Shown here piece by piece: positions 61,700 through 64,000 of a DNA stretch of 64,000 nucleotides. The DNA comes from Waterburya sp. (lineage in GTDB: Bacteria > Cyanobacteriota > Cyanobacteriia > Cyanobacteriales > Xenococcaceae). Positions within the stretch are counted from its first letter, which is position 1, and every line of letters starts with the position of its first letter. Both the position numbers and the translations under genes were made by a program. The stretch covers positions 3,136,001 to 3,200,000 of the forward strand of contig CBDCJV010000002.1 in NCBI GenBank assembly GCA_965217895.1, read 5' to 3'. The notes beneath the pieces were generated by a model. The model saw only the letters and a list, made by a program, of their open reading frames with translations. It was not told the origin of the DNA and searched no databases.

Positions 61700-62015
61700 T
61701 TTCAGTTTGCTCCTGTTTCTGCATATATGCCTCAATGTGGATCATTGCTTCATCGAGAGCCAAGTTAGTATCGGTAATGCCGACAATTGGTAGGGCTAGT
61801 AAGATAGCTGCAATGATTTCTTCTTTAGTCGCCCCTTCTTCCATCGCTCGTTCGACGTGGGTATTAATACCTCGTAGACCACGATGAGCAGCAAAAATGC
61901 CTAAGATGATTAATTCATTGGTTTTCATCCCCAAGGGAGAATATTCTCTGGCAGATTTAGCTAGATCGAAAAAGCTTTGAGCCACTTCGGGGGCTTCTTT
62001 CATCATGTTTTTCAT
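61680..62015 (-). CDS. Carboxymuconolactone decarboxylase/AhpD-like protein
   Basis: LGMKTNELIILG..HVERAMEEGATKEEI; no CxxC motif. Confidence 0.8.
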   Translation of the reverse strand: MKNMMKEAPEVAQSFFDLAKSAREYSPLGMKTNELIILGIFAAHRGLRGINTHVERAMEEGATKEEIIAAILLALPIVGITDTNLALDEAMIHIEAYMQKQEQTESAASRS

Positions 62016-62417
62016 TTAATTTTCTCCTTGTTCTAAAATAATGTGTCCTTCTTTGGGTGATGGTGCTAAAGGGCCAGAGGCAAAAACCACCACAATTTCT
62101 TCCTCGCCAACGTTGTAAATAGAGTGAGCCTTTCCTTGGGGAGTCAGCACTGCCTGACCCGCCTGGAAATTCACGTCTCCCACACCTTCGACTACAATTT
62201 TTCCTTGACCTTGCAAGACATAAAAGCATTCTTCACTGTGGGGATGGGCATGGTTTAAAACTTTCCCGCCAACGGGGACGGTTGCTGTTCCCATGATCAT
62301 TTTGGTTGAGCCAACGCTGGTAGGAGAAATCAGAACATGAATCTGACCGCCTCGGTCTTCGATAGTAGCAACGTCTTCTGGACCCATTGCTAGCTTTTGG
62401 TTTTGAACTGTAGTCAT
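62016..62417 (-). CDS. Cupin-fold polyketide cyclase (WhiE-ORFII/TcmJ/CurC type)
   Basis: RGGQIHVLISPTSVGST...HAHPHSEECFYV...VVFASGPLAPSPKEGH parallels WhiE-II. Confidence 0.8.
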   Translation of the reverse strand: MTTVQNQKLAMGPEDVATIEDRGGQIHVLISPTSVGSTKMIMGTATVPVGGKVLNHAHPHSEECFYVLQGQGKIVVEGVGDVNFQAGQAVLTPQGKAHSIYNVGEEEIVVVFASGPLAPSPKEGHIILEQGEN

Positions 62418-62426
62418 AATTGATTG

Positions 62427-62454
62427 TTAGAGGCAAACGACCGTTCGCCCGTAC
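62427..62454. repeat. Degenerate 28-bp REP-like hairpin
   Basis: TTAGAGGCAAACGACCGTTCGCCCGTAC. Confidence 0.6.
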
Positions 62455-62469
62455 ATAAATAATTGGTAA

Positions 62470-63999
62470 TTAATTTTTCTGCACAAGCTGACGAGCTTTG
62501 AGCAAGGCTTGACGATGAATCTTTCCCGTTGAGGTGCGGGGTAGCTGGTCTAAAAAGTGAATTGCTTTTGGAGCTTTAAAGCTGGGTAAATTAGCACGAA
62601 CTAATTTACGCAAACTGTCTTTTAATCGCCCTGACTCTTCAAAACCAGATTTGAGACTGATATATGCCACTGCCTGAGTTAGATTCTGTCCGCCACCAGA
62701 TTCGGGAACAACAGCTGCATCTAAAACCGCTTCGTGTTGAAGTAAAATATCTTCAATTTCAAAGGGAGATACCCACTTACCACTGACTTTAAACAAATCA
62801 TCTTTGCGTCCCATGAAAAAGAAATAACCATCTTCATCGCAGATATATTTGTCTCCAGTCCGCATCGTATTACCATAGATAACCTCTCGCGTTTGCTGGT
62901 GGCGATTCCAGTATTGCAGCATCAGACTTGCTCCCCCGACCTGGAGATTGCCAATTTCGCCTTTAGATAGGTCAAAACCGCGATCGTCTACAATCCGCAC
63001 ATCATAACCAGGAACTGGCTTACCGCAGCTACCAGGACGACATTCTCCTACACGATTAGATAAAAAAATATGCAGAAATTCACTCGTGCCAATGCCTTCG
63101 CAGATCTCAAGATCAAAGCGATCGCGCCATTTATGCCAGATACTTTTAGGTAGCTGTTCGGCTGCTGAAAGACACAGCCTCAAGGAACTAGTATCTAAAG
63201 GCGCAATTTCTTGTACTGCCCAAATCCCTGAATAAATTGCAGGAATGGCAAATAAAACCGTCGGTCGATAGCGATTAATATCGGCAATGATATCAAAAAC
63301 ATTATTGGCATCAGTCAATACCGCAGCAGCCCCAACCGCCATCGGCATATATAAAGTGTTGCCCAAACCATAGGCAAAGGGCATTTTGGCTACTGAATAG
63401 ACAATATCGTCTTGATTCAAACCAATAGTTGCCCGTGCATACTCTTCGGCGCACATTGCCATGCTGCGATGCAGGTGAACCACACCTTTTGGTTTACCCG
63501 TACTGCCAGAAGTATAAAGCCAGAATGCTGGTTCGTCTGGGGAAGTACGGGCTGGATTGGGGACATGATTTATTTGACTAGATCTTTGGGTAAAAGAAGT
63601 TTCGCCATCGGTAATAATGGTTTGACGTAAAAACTCAGAGTTATTTAGAGATAGTTTACTTTGCCAGTCTTGATTAGTAATTAAAATCTTTGCCCGACAG
63701 TCTTGCACAATATATTGAATATCTTCAATCGTACAGGCGGTATTAATCGGCACTGGTACTGCCCCCATCCAGATTGCCCCCCAAAAAGCAAAGACAAATT
63801 CAGGACTATCGCTTAGCAAGATAGCAACACGATTTTCTCGTTCTAAGCCCAGTTCGGACAGTAGTGCTGCTGCTTGGCAAACTTCCTCATTAACTTTGCG
63901 ACAGCTATAGGCTAGATCTTGATAGTAGAAAGCAATTCGTTCGCCATCTTCTTGGACAAGACTAGACTTAAGAAAGTAAGCTGCAACATTAAAGATTTC
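62470..63999 (-). CDS. Benzoate-CoA ligase family adenylating enzyme (probable salicylate-CoA/ACP ligase), 5' end outside the window
   Basis: Frame open to the window edge (EIFNVAAYFL...). Motifs WLYTSGSTGKPKG, FAYGLGN, GIGTSEFLHIFLSN, RTGD and LPRTSTGKI. Confidence 0.88.
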   Translation of the reverse strand, partial: EIFNVAAYFLKSSLVQEDGERIAFYYQDLAYSCRKVNEEVCQAAALLSELGLERENRVAILLSDSPEFVFAFWGAIWMGAVPVPINTACTIEDIQYIVQDCRAKILITNQDWQSKLSLNNSEFLRQTIITDGETSFTQRSSQINHVPNPARTSPDEPAFWLYTSGSTGKPKGVVHLHRSMAMCAEEYARATIGLNQDDIVYSVAKMPFAYGLGNTLYMPMAVGAAAVLTDANNVFDIIADINRYRPTVLFAIPAIYSGIWAVQEIAPLDTSSLRLCLSAAEQLPKSIWHKWRDRFDLEICEGIGTSEFLHIFLSNRVGECRPGSCGKPVPGYDVRIVDDRGFDLSKGEIGNLQVGGASLMLQYWNRHQQTREVIYGNTMRTGDKYICDEDGYFFFMGRKDDLFKVSGKWVSPFEIEDILLQHEAVLDAAVVPESGGGQNLTQAVAYISLKSGFEESGRLKDSLRKLVRANLPSFKAPKAIHFLDQLPRTSTGKIHRQALLKARQLVQKN

Positions 64000-64000
64000 A

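Noticed and set aside
58873..63999. Salicylate siderophore (pyochelin/yersiniabactin-type) interpretation
   Set aside because: No NRPS, TonB receptor or iron ABC genes in the window. The ligase is benzoate-CoA-ligase type and the neighbours are PKS cyclases. It cannot be fully excluded beyond the window edge.

Overview
AT-rich cyanobacterial chromosome segment: the HIP1 octamer GCGATCGC is pervasive, and ndhCKJ, sbtAB and crtO are present. The gene style suggests a unicellular, possibly Pleurocapsales-like strain (inference). The left and centre hold housekeeping genes: crtO, a Ski2/HelY helicase, NurA, SUA5, larC, ndhCKJ, photolyase, sucCD-like genes, ruvX and dnaG. They also hold a GC-rich sbtA-sbtB cassette, a YefM-YoeB toxin-antitoxin pair, an arsM-PiT-arsS arsenosugar cluster, many small pseudogenes, and an ISAs1 relic filled with tiny hairpin elements. 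Two signals stand out. (1) A minus-strand run at 49702..>64000 combines an aryl-CoA ligase, a salicylate synthase and WhiE/TcmN/TcmJ-type aromatic polyketide cyclases with an HlyD, a cellulose-synthase-like GT2 and an unassigned glycosidase-like gene. This is probably a salicylate-primed type II polyketide cluster coupled to polysaccharide export; KS/CLF/ACP are not in the window. (2) Two tandem copies of an unannotated ~90-140 nt structured RNA at about 40.0-40.5 kb. No rRNA, tRNA or CRISPR array was seen. All family calls come from motif recognition, not database searches.
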